From a virus (taxonomy: Duplodnaviria; Caudoviricetes), in the IMG/VR virus record IMGVR_UViG_3300048029_000117, positions 1-53,228 of that record: a DNA stretch of 53,228 nucleotides; one strand, 5' to 3'. Numbering within the stretch: the first letter of the stretch is position 1; each line of letters begins with the position of its first letter. The translations under genes were made by a program, and so were the position numbers. The notes beneath the pieces are model-generated. The model saw nothing but the letters and a program-made list of their open reading frames with translations. It was not told the DNA's origin and searched no databases. Shown here one piece after another: positions 17,183 through 27,568 of the stretch.

Positions 17183-17760
17183 AGCATTTTCCTACTGTCT
17201 GCATATATTTTTTGTTTTGTTGCTTTTTCAAATTGTGCAAGTGGTAAAAACGTAGCAATCTCCCATTCTGGTGCCTTGACTTCTGCGAATTTAGTTGCAA
17301 CTTTTTCACTTAAATAATGTTTAATACATGGTTCGTAATACTTTAGTTTGCTTGTACTTGCTAATAATCTTACTGTTAAGTCAAACTTTGCATTATCACT
17401 TTTCTTACTTGTAACGTTGTCCATCAATGCATCAAGAAACTTTGCACGAAGTATTGGTGGTAAGTAATGTAAATTCAAACCTAGAAACCCACCTTTTGCA
17501 GGTTTTACAATGATTGCTAAAGGAAATCTATCGTAATATGGTAAAGTATCTTTGTGTTTTGGGTCATAACCAAACATTTGCATTGACCCAATAATTCTTC
17601 TACCACTTCTACTGAGTGGTTCTTCTTTCATGAGTTCTTCTCTATTAATACCTCGCATAGTTTTTGCTTTGTTCATAAACCATGCTCTACTCTCGTCTGT
17701 TCTTGGAGTAATTTGATTACGAAATGCCGCAAGTTCTAGTTTCTGAAAGATATTTGACAT
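17179..17760 (-). CDS. gp2: DNA end protector protein gp2
   Basis: YDPKHKDTLPYYDRFPL, GFLGLNLHYLPP..RA and EWEIATFLP. Confidence 0.93.
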   Translation of the reverse strand: MSNIFQKLELAAFRNQITPRTDESRAWFMNKAKTMRGINREELMKEEPLSRSGRRIIGSMQMFGYDPKHKDTLPYYDRFPLAIIVKPAKGGFLGLNLHYLPPILRAKFLDALMDNVTSKKSDNAKFDLTVRLLASTSKLKYYEPCIKHYLSEKVATKFAEVKAPEWEIATFLPLAQFEKATKQKIYADSRKML

Positions 17761-17765
17761 ACTTC

Positions 17766-17773
17766 TATTTATA
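17766..17773 (-). promoter_or_regulatory. Late promoter TATAAATA
   Basis: Consensus 5 nt upstream of the gp2 ATG. Confidence 0.8.
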
Positions 17774-17774
17774 C

Positions 17775-18254
17775 TTATTTCTTACGTCCTGTAAAAGGTT
17801 TTAAAGGTTTTGTAGATTTAGGCAGAATACCCATAGAATTAAGTGTCTTTTCTGTCCAGACTTGAAACTCATAACCATTGTCTTTTGCATATTCATCTGC
17901 CGCTTCCCACTTATTCATGTTTTTCACATATGTCGTTGCTTCGGTAATATATCGTCTAGTTCTTCTATTACCTGTAGGTGGTTTAGTTTCTTTCTCTGGT
18001 TTTATCTCAACAAGTATTGTTTTACCTTCTTTAAATGTTATTTTCAAATCAAGATAATACTTATGATATCTTTTGTCTATCTCATAGTAATATGGAACAA
18101 CAGTTTCTTCTGAACTCCAGTACTGGACTTTAGGGTTTTCATCACACCACCGAAAGCAATGCCTTTCCCACAAAGACCTATAGATGACACTCTCATAGTC
18201 ACCTTTATACTTTTTTGTATTTTTTACTCGATATCTTCCTTTGTATGTCTTCAT
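17775..18254 (-). CDS. gp4: Head completion nuclease gp4
   Basis: YKG.Y...N.KKY.GD...IYRSLWER, WSSEE, VEIKP and KWEAA. Confidence 0.93.
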   Translation of the reverse strand: MKTYKGRYRVKNTKKYKGDYESVIYRSLWERHCFRWCDENPKVQYWSSEETVVPYYYEIDKRYHKYYLDLKITFKEGKTILVEIKPEKETKPPTGNRRTRRYITEATTYVKNMNKWEAADEYAKDNGYEFQVWTEKTLNSMGILPKSTKPLKPFTGRKK

Positions 18255-18259
18255 TTCAG

Positions 18260-18267
18260 TATAAATA
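18260..18267 (+). promoter_or_regulatory. Late promoter TATAAATA (divergent gp4/gp48 region)
   Basis: Consensus on +. A variant AATAAATA lies on - at 18282-18289. Confidence 0.75.
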
Positions 18268-18299
18268 GAACTATAATAAACTATTTATTAGAGTAACAT

Positions 18300-19313
18300 A
18301 TGGCAGATTTCGGTAAAACATTGGTAAATTTTGGAAAAGAAGTTCTTTTCGATTCACTTCCAGAAGCAGTACCAGTTCTAAAAGGTAGAAAAGATTTAGA
18401 ATATCCACTTAATAACCCAGACGATTACAAAGGTAGACTCATGTTTAGTATCTTCGAAGAAGAACCTTTAGACATGGCCGCACTTGTAGGTTTATCTGGC
18501 ATATTCGCTAAAGATTCAGATACAAGTGAAATTACAAATGATGGAGAACAAACAGAAGAGTTTAAGGGTGAAGGTGTAGCATATCAAACTAAAGAAGGTT
18601 CTGGTTCTAAATTATCGCAAATAGATAAATCAGTAAAACTCTTTACACCTGTTGCATTGCAGTTTAGAGATAACGTTGCATATGATAACGCAGATTTAGG
18701 TTTTGGTGGTGGTATAGGTGAGGCCGCAGGTAAAAGTGGTAAAAATATTTTAAGTTCACTTCTTGGTGGTGTAGGGTCAACACTTTCTGCTGGTCTTCAA
18801 GGTAATGCTGGTGGTGATTTAGGTAAACTTGCAATGACACAAGTGAGTGTAGCAAAAGTGGCAGGTGAAGGTGCCAATCTAGCAGTAAAACAGGCCGCTG
18901 GTGTAACAATGAATCCAAATACTCGTGCATTATTTAAGTCAGTAGCACTTCGAGAGTTTGCATTTACATTTAAATTTATTGCAACATCTGAACGAGAAGC
19001 AGACGAAATAGATGAAATCATTAAGTTTTTTAGAACAGAATTATATCCAGAAGATATTCTTGTTGATATTGGTGGTGTCGATGCATCTATTGGTTATCGT
19101 TTTCCAAACAAATTCAATATAGCAGTAGTATATGATGGCAAAGAAATAGCAACAAAGATTCAACCTTGTTTTCTTCGTGACATTAGTATTGTATATAATC
19201 CAACAAACTCAGCAATGCATAGTGGTGGTAAATTTACTGAAATAGATATGACTTTAGCATTTACTGAAACATCGACATTGAGTAGAAAGAAAGTTGAAGA
19301 AGAAGGTTATTAA
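18300..19313 (+). CDS. gp48: Baseplate tail tube cap gp48-like
   Basis: NPN...LF..V.LR.F.FTFKF...SE.EA..I..I.KFFR, YP, final L.F.E. Confidence 0.85.
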   Translation: MADFGKTLVNFGKEVLFDSLPEAVPVLKGRKDLEYPLNNPDDYKGRLMFSIFEEEPLDMAALVGLSGIFAKDSDTSEITNDGEQTEEFKGEGVAYQTKEGSGSKLSQIDKSVKLFTPVALQFRDNVAYDNADLGFGGGIGEAAGKSGKNILSSLLGGVGSTLSAGLQGNAGGDLGKLAMTQVSVAKVAGEGANLAVKQAAGVTMNPNTRALFKSVALREFAFTFKFIATSEREADEIDEIIKFFRTELYPEDILVDIGGVDASIGYRFPNKFNIAVVYDGKEIATKIQPCFLRDISIVYNPTNSAMHSGGKFTEIDMTLAFTETSTLSRKKVEEEGY

Positions 19314-19315
19314 AC

Positions 19316-20092
19316 ATGACAACAAAATATTTTAAAAACTTTGAATCATTAGCATATAGATTTGGAAATTTAGAAGACCCAGTACTGTTTAATAATCTAA
19401 CTCAATATGTAGATTTAATTGATGAAATAAAATCAAACGTAGCATTTTTAAACAAATACACAATACTTTCTGGTGATAGAGCAGACTCATTATCACACAA
19501 GTTATATGGCACGACAGATTATTATTGGACATTTTATTTGATGAATGACCACTTAAGACTTAGTGGTTGGCCAGTGGACACAGGTGATTTATTAGCAACC
19601 GCGGCATCAAAGTATCCAAACAGATTTATCACGTTTACTAATAGAACTACAATTGGTGGTGCAAATGAGGATATTGCAGTAACATTTCCTGTTGGACAAT
19701 CTGTTACTGGTGCATCATCGACAACTGTTGGAACAATTGTAAAAAGAAATTTAGATTTAGGACAATTGTTTATAAAGATTACAAGTGGGACCAAGTTTTC
19801 TGTTGGTGAACAATTGCAGTTTACTAACACAAGTGGCGATGTAATTTCTCTTGTAATAGTAAGTGAAGGTGAACAATACAATGCAGTACATCATTATAAA
19901 AATACAGATGGTAAACAAGTTGATATTGACCCTTATCCAGAATCTGGAACAGTAAATACATCTGGTTTAATACCTGTTACTTATCGTGATAGACTTGAAA
20001 GTAGAAACGATGAACTAAAAACAATTATTGTTATTAGACCAGACAGTATAGACAAAGTAGTATCAGATTTTAATAAAGCATTGAAGTCATAA
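19316..20092 (+). CDS. gp53: Baseplate wedge subunit gp53-like
   Basis: YFKNF, GDRAD.LS.KLYG..DYYW.F.LMN, WP, HHY and N...K.I.VI.P. Confidence 0.85.
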   Translation: MTTKYFKNFESLAYRFGNLEDPVLFNNLTQYVDLIDEIKSNVAFLNKYTILSGDRADSLSHKLYGTTDYYWTFYLMNDHLRLSGWPVDTGDLLATAASKYPNRFITFTNRTTIGGANEDIAVTFPVGQSVTGASSTTVGTIVKRNLDLGQLFIKITSGTKFSVGEQLQFTNTSGDVISLVIVSEGEQYNAVHHYKNTDGKQVDIDPYPESGTVNTSGLIPVTYRDRLESRNDELKTIIVIRPDSIDKVVSDFNKALKS

Positions 20093-20093
20093 C

Positions 20094-21455
20094 ATGGCAA
20101 ACCCAAAGAGTCAACAATTTAAGTTAACTAAGGCGCATATTACGGCAGATAGATTTGGTGGTTTTGAGAATAAATTTTTTGATGTTAAAAATCAAGTTGC
20201 AGAAATAAACATCTACGAAAGTATTGAAGAACCATCTTTATCTGGTACGATTGCGATTGTAGATGATAAGTCTTTGTATGAATTAATTAATTTTAATGGT
20301 ACAGAACGTATTAGATTAGAAATGGCAGGACTAGGTAAAGAAACTGACCCTGTGTTTGAAAAGACTTTCATCATGACAAATATAGTCAGACAACTAAAAG
20401 GTAATGATAAGTCTAGTATATATGTGTTTGATATTATCGATGAACATGGTTTTATTTCATCGGCACAAAGACTTCGTAGTGCTTATCGTGGACGTATTGA
20501 TGATATTGTCAAAGGAATTTGTTTGACACGATTAAATAAAAGTGTTGATATCTCATATCAACTTTTGTTTGGATTTAGAAGTAAAAAAGTTGATGCGATT
20601 CAAGATGATATACGTGTAATTATACCTAATCTTTCACCTATAAATGCAATTAAATGGTTATTGTCAAGAGCAACAACACAGACAGGTTCTCCTTTTTATT
20701 TATGGGCAACAATACATGATGAAAATTTAAGAATGGGTAATCTAGATGTTATGTATCGTCAAGTGCCATTTAATGATAAATTACCTTATACTTATAATCC
20801 ATCAAACGTAAACGTTGCAGAAGATAAAAGTGAATTCGAACAAGGATTTACTATTAAAGCATTAGGTTTAGGTGAAATGGGTGATACTCTTCATATGGTA
20901 ACAAATGGAACTGTCGGCGCATCACAAGGTATAACTAATTTAAATACTGGTCAAATAACACAACAACACTATGACGTACAAAGAACAATTGATAATTTAG
21001 ACAAACAAGATATAATTATAAGAAGAAATCAAAATGTTTTTGATAATAAATTAAAATTAAAAGATAAATTTATTGGTGATTATGAAGCACAACATATTCA
21101 TCAAGTAGTTTCTACAGGAACTTACGGTAAGTTTAAATCATATCACGATGAATTTGAAGAAGCAAAACATCTTAAAAAATTAGAGTCTAATTCAATTAGA
21201 GATTTACTAGTTAAAAACATGATGTCTATTACAGTTCCTGGTACTGCATTCTTTCTTGGTAAAGCGGCAGTAGGCGATACAGTAAATTTAAATGTTGTCA
21301 ATGATAATTTAGAAGTTGGTAAACAATCAAATGCAGATGATATGCTTGATAAAAATAAATCTGGTAAGCATTTAATTTATGACTTACGACACACATTTAG
21401 AGGCACACAACATGACGTTACAATGAACGTTTGTAAATTAGAAAGAGAACCATGA
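20094..21455 (+). CDS. Baseplate hub protein (gp27-like)
   Basis: EINIYESI, IIPN.SP..AI.WL and SGK.LI..LRH.F; lies between gp53 and gp5. Confidence 0.65.
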   Translation: MANPKSQQFKLTKAHITADRFGGFENKFFDVKNQVAEINIYESIEEPSLSGTIAIVDDKSLYELINFNGTERIRLEMAGLGKETDPVFEKTFIMTNIVRQLKGNDKSSIYVFDIIDEHGFISSAQRLRSAYRGRIDDIVKGICLTRLNKSVDISYQLLFGFRSKKVDAIQDDIRVIIPNLSPINAIKWLLSRATTQTGSPFYLWATIHDENLRMGNLDVMYRQVPFNDKLPYTYNPSNVNVAEDKSEFEQGFTIKALGLGEMGDTLHMVTNGTVGASQGITNLNTGQITQQHYDVQRTIDNLDKQDIIIRRNQNVFDNKLKLKDKFIGDYEAQHIHQVVSTGTYGKFKSYHDEFEEAKHLKKLESNSIRDLLVKNMMSITVPGTAFFLGKAAVGDTVNLNVVNDNLEVGKQSNADDMLDKNKSGKHLIYDLRHTFRGTQHDVTMNVCKLEREP

Positions 21456-22336
21456 ACGAGAAATTTTTAAATCCAGTGCCTTATGAATATTATGGAGATA
21501 ATGTTCGTTGGTTTATTGCGACAGTTATTGATGCATCACCACCATTTGGATTTGAAGGTCGTGTAAAGATAAGAATTCATGGTTTACACTCAGACGAAAT
21601 ATACGAATTGCCACAACAAGACTTACCCTGGGCGCAATGTGTTCTTCCAACAACAGAAGGTGGTATTTCTGGTATAGGTAAATCACCAAAGTTGCAACCA
21701 AATTCATTAGTCTTTGGTTTTTTTATGGATGGTAATCACTCACAAACTCCAATTGTTTTAGGTTCTTTGCCACATTTAGAGTTTGCGACATTAACTCAAA
21801 ACAATCAAAGATTAGAAGACATTGGTGATGACAGTAAACCAGAAGGTTTGTTTTCGATACTGTCAAACATAGTTACACCAATAGATAAAGGCATAGAAAA
21901 TGATAATACACAAAGTAATCCACGAAAGTTTTCTAAAACAACCAGAGATAAAAGAGTAAAACACTCAGTACAATTTTTATTAAATTTAGGTTATACAGAA
22001 AATCAAGCAATTGCAATTACTTCTGGTTTATTTATTTCATCTAGAATGGTCACTGGTAAAACTGGACTTGCAGATTTTTCTAAACAAAGATTTTCAAACT
22101 TAATTGCATTTAGTTCGGCATTTAAAAAGTTTACAACACAATTAGAGTTTGTTGTTTTTGAACTAAGAGGTGAAAAACAAAATGCTAATATAAAAATATT
22201 ACAAACTGACAGTTTAGAAGGTAAAAATTCTTTACCAGAAATTGTGACTAAATACTATTTAGAAAACAATGCATCTGGTTTTAAAGATGAAGTAGAAGCA
22301 AAGGCACTAGAAATCAAGGAGAGTATTGGTGGGTAG
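21452..22336 (+). CDS. gp5: gp5 N-terminal OB-fold domain fused to a degenerate phage tail lysozyme-like domain
   Basis: WF...V.D...GRVKIRIHGLH, DLPWA, VFGFFMDG...Q.P.VLG; then GYT..QA.AI..L and TQLEFV..EL. Confidence 0.8.
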   Translation: MNEKFLNPVPYEYYGDNVRWFIATVIDASPPFGFEGRVKIRIHGLHSDEIYELPQQDLPWAQCVLPTTEGGISGIGKSPKLQPNSLVFGFFMDGNHSQTPIVLGSLPHLEFATLTQNNQRLEDIGDDSKPEGLFSILSNIVTPIDKGIENDNTQSNPRKFSKTTRDKRVKHSVQFLLNLGYTENQAIAITSGLFISSRMVTGKTGLADFSKQRFSNLIAFSSAFKKFTTQLEFVVFELRGEKQNANIKILQTDSLEGKNSLPEIVTKYYLENNASGFKDEVEAKALEIKESIGG

Positions 22337-24281
22337 AGAAATTAAATCACGAATTAATTCTCAATTAAAAAGATTAAAAAGAGAAGATATAGAGCAAGAG
22401 TACATTAAAGTAAACTTGCCAAAAGCAAGTGACCAACTTCGTGCTAAATTAGATACAACTATTGGTAGAGATTTAACAGAAATTGGTGGTATAAAACCTT
22501 TAGATATAGTACAAAATGCAAAAGGTGATGTCATACAAGGTGAAGGCGTTGCTCTTATTACTGAAAACTTACCTAGTATTACTGGCATTAATGACCCTGG
22601 AACAATCACATTGCCATATTCTGCTGGTAGTTTGACAACTAATTTTGGTGGTTCTGATTCTGGTTTTAATTCATCGTTTAATGTTAGTGCAACGAAAACT
22701 GGTGGAACAACTGCTCAACCTATTTCTACAATATTAGGTGACATAACAGGTGCTCCTGCTTTAAAATTATCTCTACCTAAACTTAATTTAAATATTGCAG
22801 GTGGTGGTAGTCCAACAAGTATAGCAGAAGGTATTGATGGTGCAGTTGCAAAAGCAAGTGCTAAAGCATCATCAATTGCAGATGCTGCCAGTGGTATTGC
22901 ATCTTCTCAAGAACTAAGTGAAATAGCAAGTGTTACTCAAAATCTTGATGCTGGTACTGCGGTAGAGGCAGTAACTAAATTAATATCTGGCATACCTGAT
23001 TTAAAAACTACAACTAATCCAGAAGACGTTTTGGGTAACGTTCAAAATCAAACAGGTGTAGAGGCACTTCAAGCAAAGGCAAAAGTTACTAAACTTAAAC
23101 TTGCATCTTTTCCTAGTGTTGCAGGTTTTGTTGGTAAAATTAAAGACTTAGCAGGAGATATAGGTGAACTTGTTGATAAAGCAACAGATGCCATAGCAAC
23201 TGTAATAGCAACAATTGCCACAGGTTTAGATGGTGTATTACAAAACATTACAGAAAAAATAACATTAAACACAGAAAATAAAGTAAAAGGTATTACTGGT
23301 GGTGCAGTAGAAAGTGCAGTATTAAAAGATATTACAGAAGACGTAGCAAAGAAAACACCAGAAGGTGATGCAAATGCAATTAAGTCAATACTTGGAAATG
23401 CAGATATTGGTGGTTTTATGAAAGGTATTGTAGACAAAGTAAAATCTTTTACAAGTCCTTTAGACTTTAAAAACAAAGTAAAAGACGAAGCAGAAAAATC
23501 AGGTATATCAAAAGATGAAATAGAAAATACAACAAACACAATTGATAGAGCAGATAAAGAAATAAAATCATTAAACACAACAATTGCTGGTCAAATGATA
23601 CTAGATGAACAATTTTATTCATTACCAAAACCCATTGGTGAAGAGATTACAAAGTGGTCAGGTAGAAACAGTGGAGATGAAGTGTTTACTTTCGTATCTT
23701 CTGTTGAAGAATTAAATTCAGAAATACACGCAATTACAAGACCACTATCAGAAGTGGTAATTCATGCGACTGAAACTGCAACTGATAAAGACATAGGCGC
23801 AATAGAAATAAATAATATACAATCAAAATTAGGACATGATGGTATTGGTTATCATTATGTTATACGAAGAGACGGAAGATTGCAAAGAGGTAGACCACCA
23901 GATAGAGTTGGTGACCATACGTCTGCAAATGGTCATAATAATCATTCTCTTGGTATTGTACTTGTTGGTGGTATAAATGTTGCTACTGGTGATGTAGATG
24001 CACTTGGTAATAGGTCATCATCTTCATTTACAAGAGAACAGTATACAACACTTGAAAGATTTTTAGAAGCATTTTACATTAAATATCCAGGTGGTAATGT
24101 TTTCGGGCACAACGACTTAGATGCAGAAGAAACAGACCCTTACTTTGACGTGCAAGAATATGTCGAGACAGTATTTAGAAAACAATTAAATGGTATAGGA
24201 GACCCACTAAACGAAGGACCAGTTGACCCAACAAAAGACCTTCTTAATATAGTATTAAAAATATTACAGGTACCAAAATGA
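22326..24281 (+). CDS. Baseplate-associated protein with C-terminal N-acetylmuramoyl-L-alanine amidase (T7 lysozyme-like)
   Basis: VIHAT, IGYHYVIRRDG.LQRGRP, SLGIVLVGG, FGHND and DPYFDV. The start may be GTG 22329. Confidence 0.8.
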   Translation: MVGREIKSRINSQLKRLKREDIEQEYIKVNLPKASDQLRAKLDTTIGRDLTEIGGIKPLDIVQNAKGDVIQGEGVALITENLPSITGINDPGTITLPYSAGSLTTNFGGSDSGFNSSFNVSATKTGGTTAQPISTILGDITGAPALKLSLPKLNLNIAGGGSPTSIAEGIDGAVAKASAKASSIADAASGIASSQELSEIASVTQNLDAGTAVEAVTKLISGIPDLKTTTNPEDVLGNVQNQTGVEALQAKAKVTKLKLASFPSVAGFVGKIKDLAGDIGELVDKATDAIATVIATIATGLDGVLQNITEKITLNTENKVKGITGGAVESAVLKDITEDVAKKTPEGDANAIKSILGNADIGGFMKGIVDKVKSFTSPLDFKNKVKDEAEKSGISKDEIENTTNTIDRADKEIKSLNTTIAGQMILDEQFYSLPKPIGEEITKWSGRNSGDEVFTFVSSVEELNSEIHAITRPLSEVVIHATETATDKDIGAIEINNIQSKLGHDGIGYHYVIRRDGRLQRGRPPDRVGDHTSANGHNNHSLGIVLVGGINVATGDVDALGNRSSSSFTREQYTTLERFLEAFYIKYPGGNVFGHNDLDAEETDPYFDVQEYVETVFRKQLNGIGDPLNEGPVDPTKDLLNIVLKILQVPK

Positions 24282-24982
24282 TTTATGCAAATGAATATGG
24301 CACAGTAGACTTGTTATCAGAACAATTTTTACAATCATTAAAAAGTGATAAAGGCACTATTGGTGTAAAACTATCAGGTGGTGCTGACACGGCATTATTG
24401 TTACATTTACTTGCAAAAGAAATATCAGAAAGAAATTTAAACTTTAGTATTGTACCATACACTTTTAATGATAAACCAGATAGATTTATTGTTGCTCAAA
24501 ACATTATTCACGAAGTTGCAAAAACGTTTCCAAAAGTTAAGTTTGAAAAACACCAGTATGATGAAATATCACCACCATATAGAAAAGTATTTGATAAATG
24601 GGCACTTAAATTAACAAGACAATATGACATTGTTTTCTTTACAAATGGTGTAAATTTACCAGCACCAGAAGAAGCAATCACTATAAACAAAGAGTTAGCA
24701 AAGTTTGTTGGAACACGAGAAGCACCAAGAAACTATGATACTCAAGACTTAGAACGAATTGGAATACAAGACATACCAGAGTATTCACCATTCAAAGATG
24801 TTGATAAAAGATTTACTGCTCAATTATATGAGGATGAATTTTTGCTAGAGACATTGTTTCCATTGACTAGGTCATGTTTAGGAAGTGCAGAAGTTACTGA
24901 CTATCATGAGAAACCATGCAAGATATGTTACTGGTGTGAAGAAAAATATTGGGCATTTGGTCAATACGATGCAATAGGGTAA
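24278..24982 (+). CDS. QueC/ExsB-like PP-loop adenine nucleotide alpha-hydrolase
   Basis: LSGGADT PP-loop and TRSC...PCKICYWC Zn cluster. Confidence 0.7.
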   Translation: MIYANEYGTVDLLSEQFLQSLKSDKGTIGVKLSGGADTALLLHLLAKEISERNLNFSIVPYTFNDKPDRFIVAQNIIHEVAKTFPKVKFEKHQYDEISPPYRKVFDKWALKLTRQYDIVFFTNGVNLPAPEEAITINKELAKFVGTREAPRNYDTQDLERIGIQDIPEYSPFKDVDKRFTAQLYEDEFLLETLFPLTRSCLGSAEVTDYHEKPCKICYWCEEKYWAFGQYDAIG

Positions 24983-24986
24983 TTAA

Positions 24987-26480
24987 ATGACAACTAAAAA
25001 AGATAATTTTAAATTAAGAACTCAAAAACTAGGCACTGGTTTAGAAGAAAGTCTTGGAGTACCACAGAAAGGTTTTCAAGACCCAACTGGTGAGTTTCCA
25101 AAAAGAGAATACAATTTTGGGTCATCAATAAATCATGCGGCAAGAGGAATTAAAATCAATAATCTCTATACGAGTGGTGGAGATATTGGTGTATCACTTA
25201 ACATTGCAGACCAAAGACCTTCAGAGTTTCCTTTTAATCAAGTAGACGAGACTACATCTGGTCATGTTGTTGAATACGATGACACACCAGGTGGTGAAAG
25301 AATTTTAATTAAACATCGAACTGGCGCTGGTGTGGAAATGAGAGCAGACGGGAGTGTTGTCGTTTCTTCAACAAATAACAGAATCGAAGTCACAGGTGGT
25401 GACCAAACAACTATAGTCGAAGGTGCTGGTAATCTAGTCTACAAAGGTAATCTTAATTTAGTAGTCACAGGTGACTATAACGTTGATGTTGGTGGTAATT
25501 ATAATGTACAAGTTGCTGGTAATATGATTGAAGGTATTTCGGAGAATCATCGTACTTTTGTTACAAAAAACTCAGAGTATGTCACAAAAGGTACTAAATC
25601 CACTAAGACTATTGGTAATCATACTGACATTATGTTAGCAGATAATCATCAATATGTCAAGGGTAATCAAAACAATTGGGTACAGGGTGACATTGAAATC
25701 GCAACAGAACAAGATATGTTTGTATCTGCAAAATCTTCACTAGCAATGACAAGTGAAGTCTTTAATGCGACAGGTGTTAAACAAGTATCAATCTTTGGTA
25801 TGAAAGGTTCTATTGGTGGTAAACAAGTTGACTTTACAGGTCAAGTATTTCAGGGTAATGAAGGTCCAGCACCATTTACTAGTGGTGCCGCATTCTATGG
25901 TTCGTTTCATGGTCAAGCAACTGAGGCGATGTTCTCAAGAACTGCATGGACGGCAGAAAAATCTAAGTTTGCAGAAACTTCTGGTGTAACAGAATCGCAA
26001 AACTATGCAGAAAATGTAACAAGTAGTGGAGGTAGTGTCCCACCTGGTGGTGCACCAGAAATTGTTCTGAATCAAGAAATCAAAACACCAATTGGACCAC
26101 CACCAATTCCAAGTATTGTTGCCGCATACGGTAGTATGGGTGATTTTGCAATACGTGACGTAGTAATCGATGAAGGTGATAAACTAAAAAACAGATTAGA
26201 CTTATCAGATGACTATAAAGGTATTTTTGATAAACACCCAACAACACAAGAAATACGTTCAAGATTGAGAGGCACTCTTAGAGAAAGATTAACTAGAAGA
26301 GGTACTAGAGAAAACTTACTTGGACAATTAATCGCAGAAGGACGAGTAAGTGATACTGCATATAGAACAACACCAGATAAAATAGGTAGAACTGTTGGTA
26401 AAGAACCAACTTCTAGATTTGGTTATACACCAATTGGTAATGCAATAGAGAATAGAGGTAAGAGGTTTACACCAAAATGA
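24987..26480 (+). CDS. gp5: gp5 C-terminal spike (beta-helix) protein
   Basis: PFNQV.ET.SGHV.EYDDTPG.ERI...HRTG followed by V.G repeats. Confidence 0.8.
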   Translation: MTTKKDNFKLRTQKLGTGLEESLGVPQKGFQDPTGEFPKREYNFGSSINHAARGIKINNLYTSGGDIGVSLNIADQRPSEFPFNQVDETTSGHVVEYDDTPGGERILIKHRTGAGVEMRADGSVVVSSTNNRIEVTGGDQTTIVEGAGNLVYKGNLNLVVTGDYNVDVGGNYNVQVAGNMIEGISENHRTFVTKNSEYVTKGTKSTKTIGNHTDIMLADNHQYVKGNQNNWVQGDIEIATEQDMFVSAKSSLAMTSEVFNATGVKQVSIFGMKGSIGGKQVDFTGQVFQGNEGPAPFTSGAAFYGSFHGQATEAMFSRTAWTAEKSKFAETSGVTESQNYAENVTSSGGSVPPGGAPEIVLNQEIKTPIGPPPIPSIVAAYGSMGDFAIRDVVIDEGDKLKNRLDLSDDYKGIFDKHPTTQEIRSRLRGTLRERLTRRGTRENLLGQLIAEGRVSDTAYRTTPDKIGRTVGKEPTSRFGYTPIGNAIENRGKRFTPK

Positions 26481-27076
26481 TAGTAGTAGTTGACCCAGTA
26501 TTTAATCCTAACGGAGTAGACAATGTTAGTTCTGCAACTAAACTAGGACCAGGAGTAACAATTGCTAAGTTTCTTGGTGCATATGGAGATAGAACTGCAT
26601 TTAATCATGTCGGTAGCAATGATGAAAGAAAACAAATTGCAAGACAATTGTATTTACAAGCAGAAATGATGCGAGTAATTCAAGGTAATACTGAACTATT
26701 TAATGATGTTCGTTTAATCGTAAGTGAAGGTATCTATCGTGCAGGTCCATCAGAAACACTTGTTGACGATACTCTTGCAAAAAGTAAAGGTGAATTGGTA
26801 TACTATCAAGTGATTGGTAAAGATGGAATAATAGATTTTGAAAAAACATTTGACATAGCAGAATATTGGAAAGATTATACAAACTATGATGAATTACGTT
26901 TAGATTACGATACTTATAATCCAGATGGAACTCTTACTGCATCAATAGGTGTATTGATGCCAGTAGTAGACCAAACGTTTGAAGTAAACTTTAAAAATGA
27001 TGTAAAAACGTTTTTTAACAATTCATTACAGTCTAGAGACGAATTAGTAGAAATAAAACAAGAATTTCTAACATAA
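26477..27076 (+). CDS. Conserved baseplate-cluster protein, possibly a degenerate peptidase M15A fold
   Basis: KLGPGVTIAKF, VSEGIYR, KGE and YDELRLDY echo M15A segments but lack the His ligands. Confidence 0.45.
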   Translation: MIVVVDPVFNPNGVDNVSSATKLGPGVTIAKFLGAYGDRTAFNHVGSNDERKQIARQLYLQAEMMRVIQGNTELFNDVRLIVSEGIYRAGPSETLVDDTLAKSKGELVYYQVIGKDGIIDFEKTFDIAEYWKDYTNYDELRLDYDTYNPDGTLTASIGVLMPVVDQTFEVNFKNDVKTFFNNSLQSRDELVEIKQEFLT

Positions 27077-27101
27077 GTTATTAAAAATTAAACAAGATTA
27101 G

Positions 27102-27109
27102 TATAAATA
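27102..27109 (+). promoter_or_regulatory. Late promoter TATAAATA
   Basis: Consensus 5 nt upstream of the gp25 ATG. Confidence 0.8.
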
Positions 27110-27114
27110 GACAT

Positions 27115-27567
27115 ATGGCAACAAGAAGAGCATACTCTAGAGAAGACCAGGGTGATTTAAACACCACTAGTATTGCTACGAGTAGGAATGTTGACTTTAA
27201 AGATATTGATTTATCTTTTAAAGTAACAACAACTTCTGGTGATATATTTAAAAAACAATCAACTGCCGCAGTAAAACAAGCAATCAAAACTTTATTACTT
27301 ACAAATAGATTAGAAAAACCTTTTCTTGCAACTTTTGGAGGAGACTTACAAGGTCAACTATTCGAATTAGCAGACAGAGACGGTTCTACTATTATTCGCA
27401 ATAACATTATAGCAACAATTGAAAGATTTGAACCAAGAGTTAAAGTTTTGAATGTTATAGTTGCTCTAGAACCAGATAGAAATAGATTGGGTGTGACAGT
27501 AGAATTTAAAGTAATTAATACACAAGAAACAGTTGTTTTCGAAACAACAATAAACAGGTTAAGATAA
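27115..27567 (+). CDS. gp25: Baseplate wedge subunit gp25
   Basis: FKDIDLSF, AVKQAIK.LLLT...E.PF...FG and I.RFEPRV. Confidence 0.92.
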   Translation: MATRRAYSREDQGDLNTTSIATSRNVDFKDIDLSFKVTTTSGDIFKKQSTAAVKQAIKTLLLTNRLEKPFLATFGGDLQGQLFELADRDGSTIIRNNIIATIERFEPRVKVLNVIVALEPDRNRLGVTVEFKVINTQETVVFETTINRLR

Positions 27568-27568
27568 C

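Noticed and set aside
24278-24982. Calling this gene queC as part of a 7-deazaguanine DNA modification pathway
   Set aside because: Only the PP-loop and Cys cluster match, and no partner genes are in the window.
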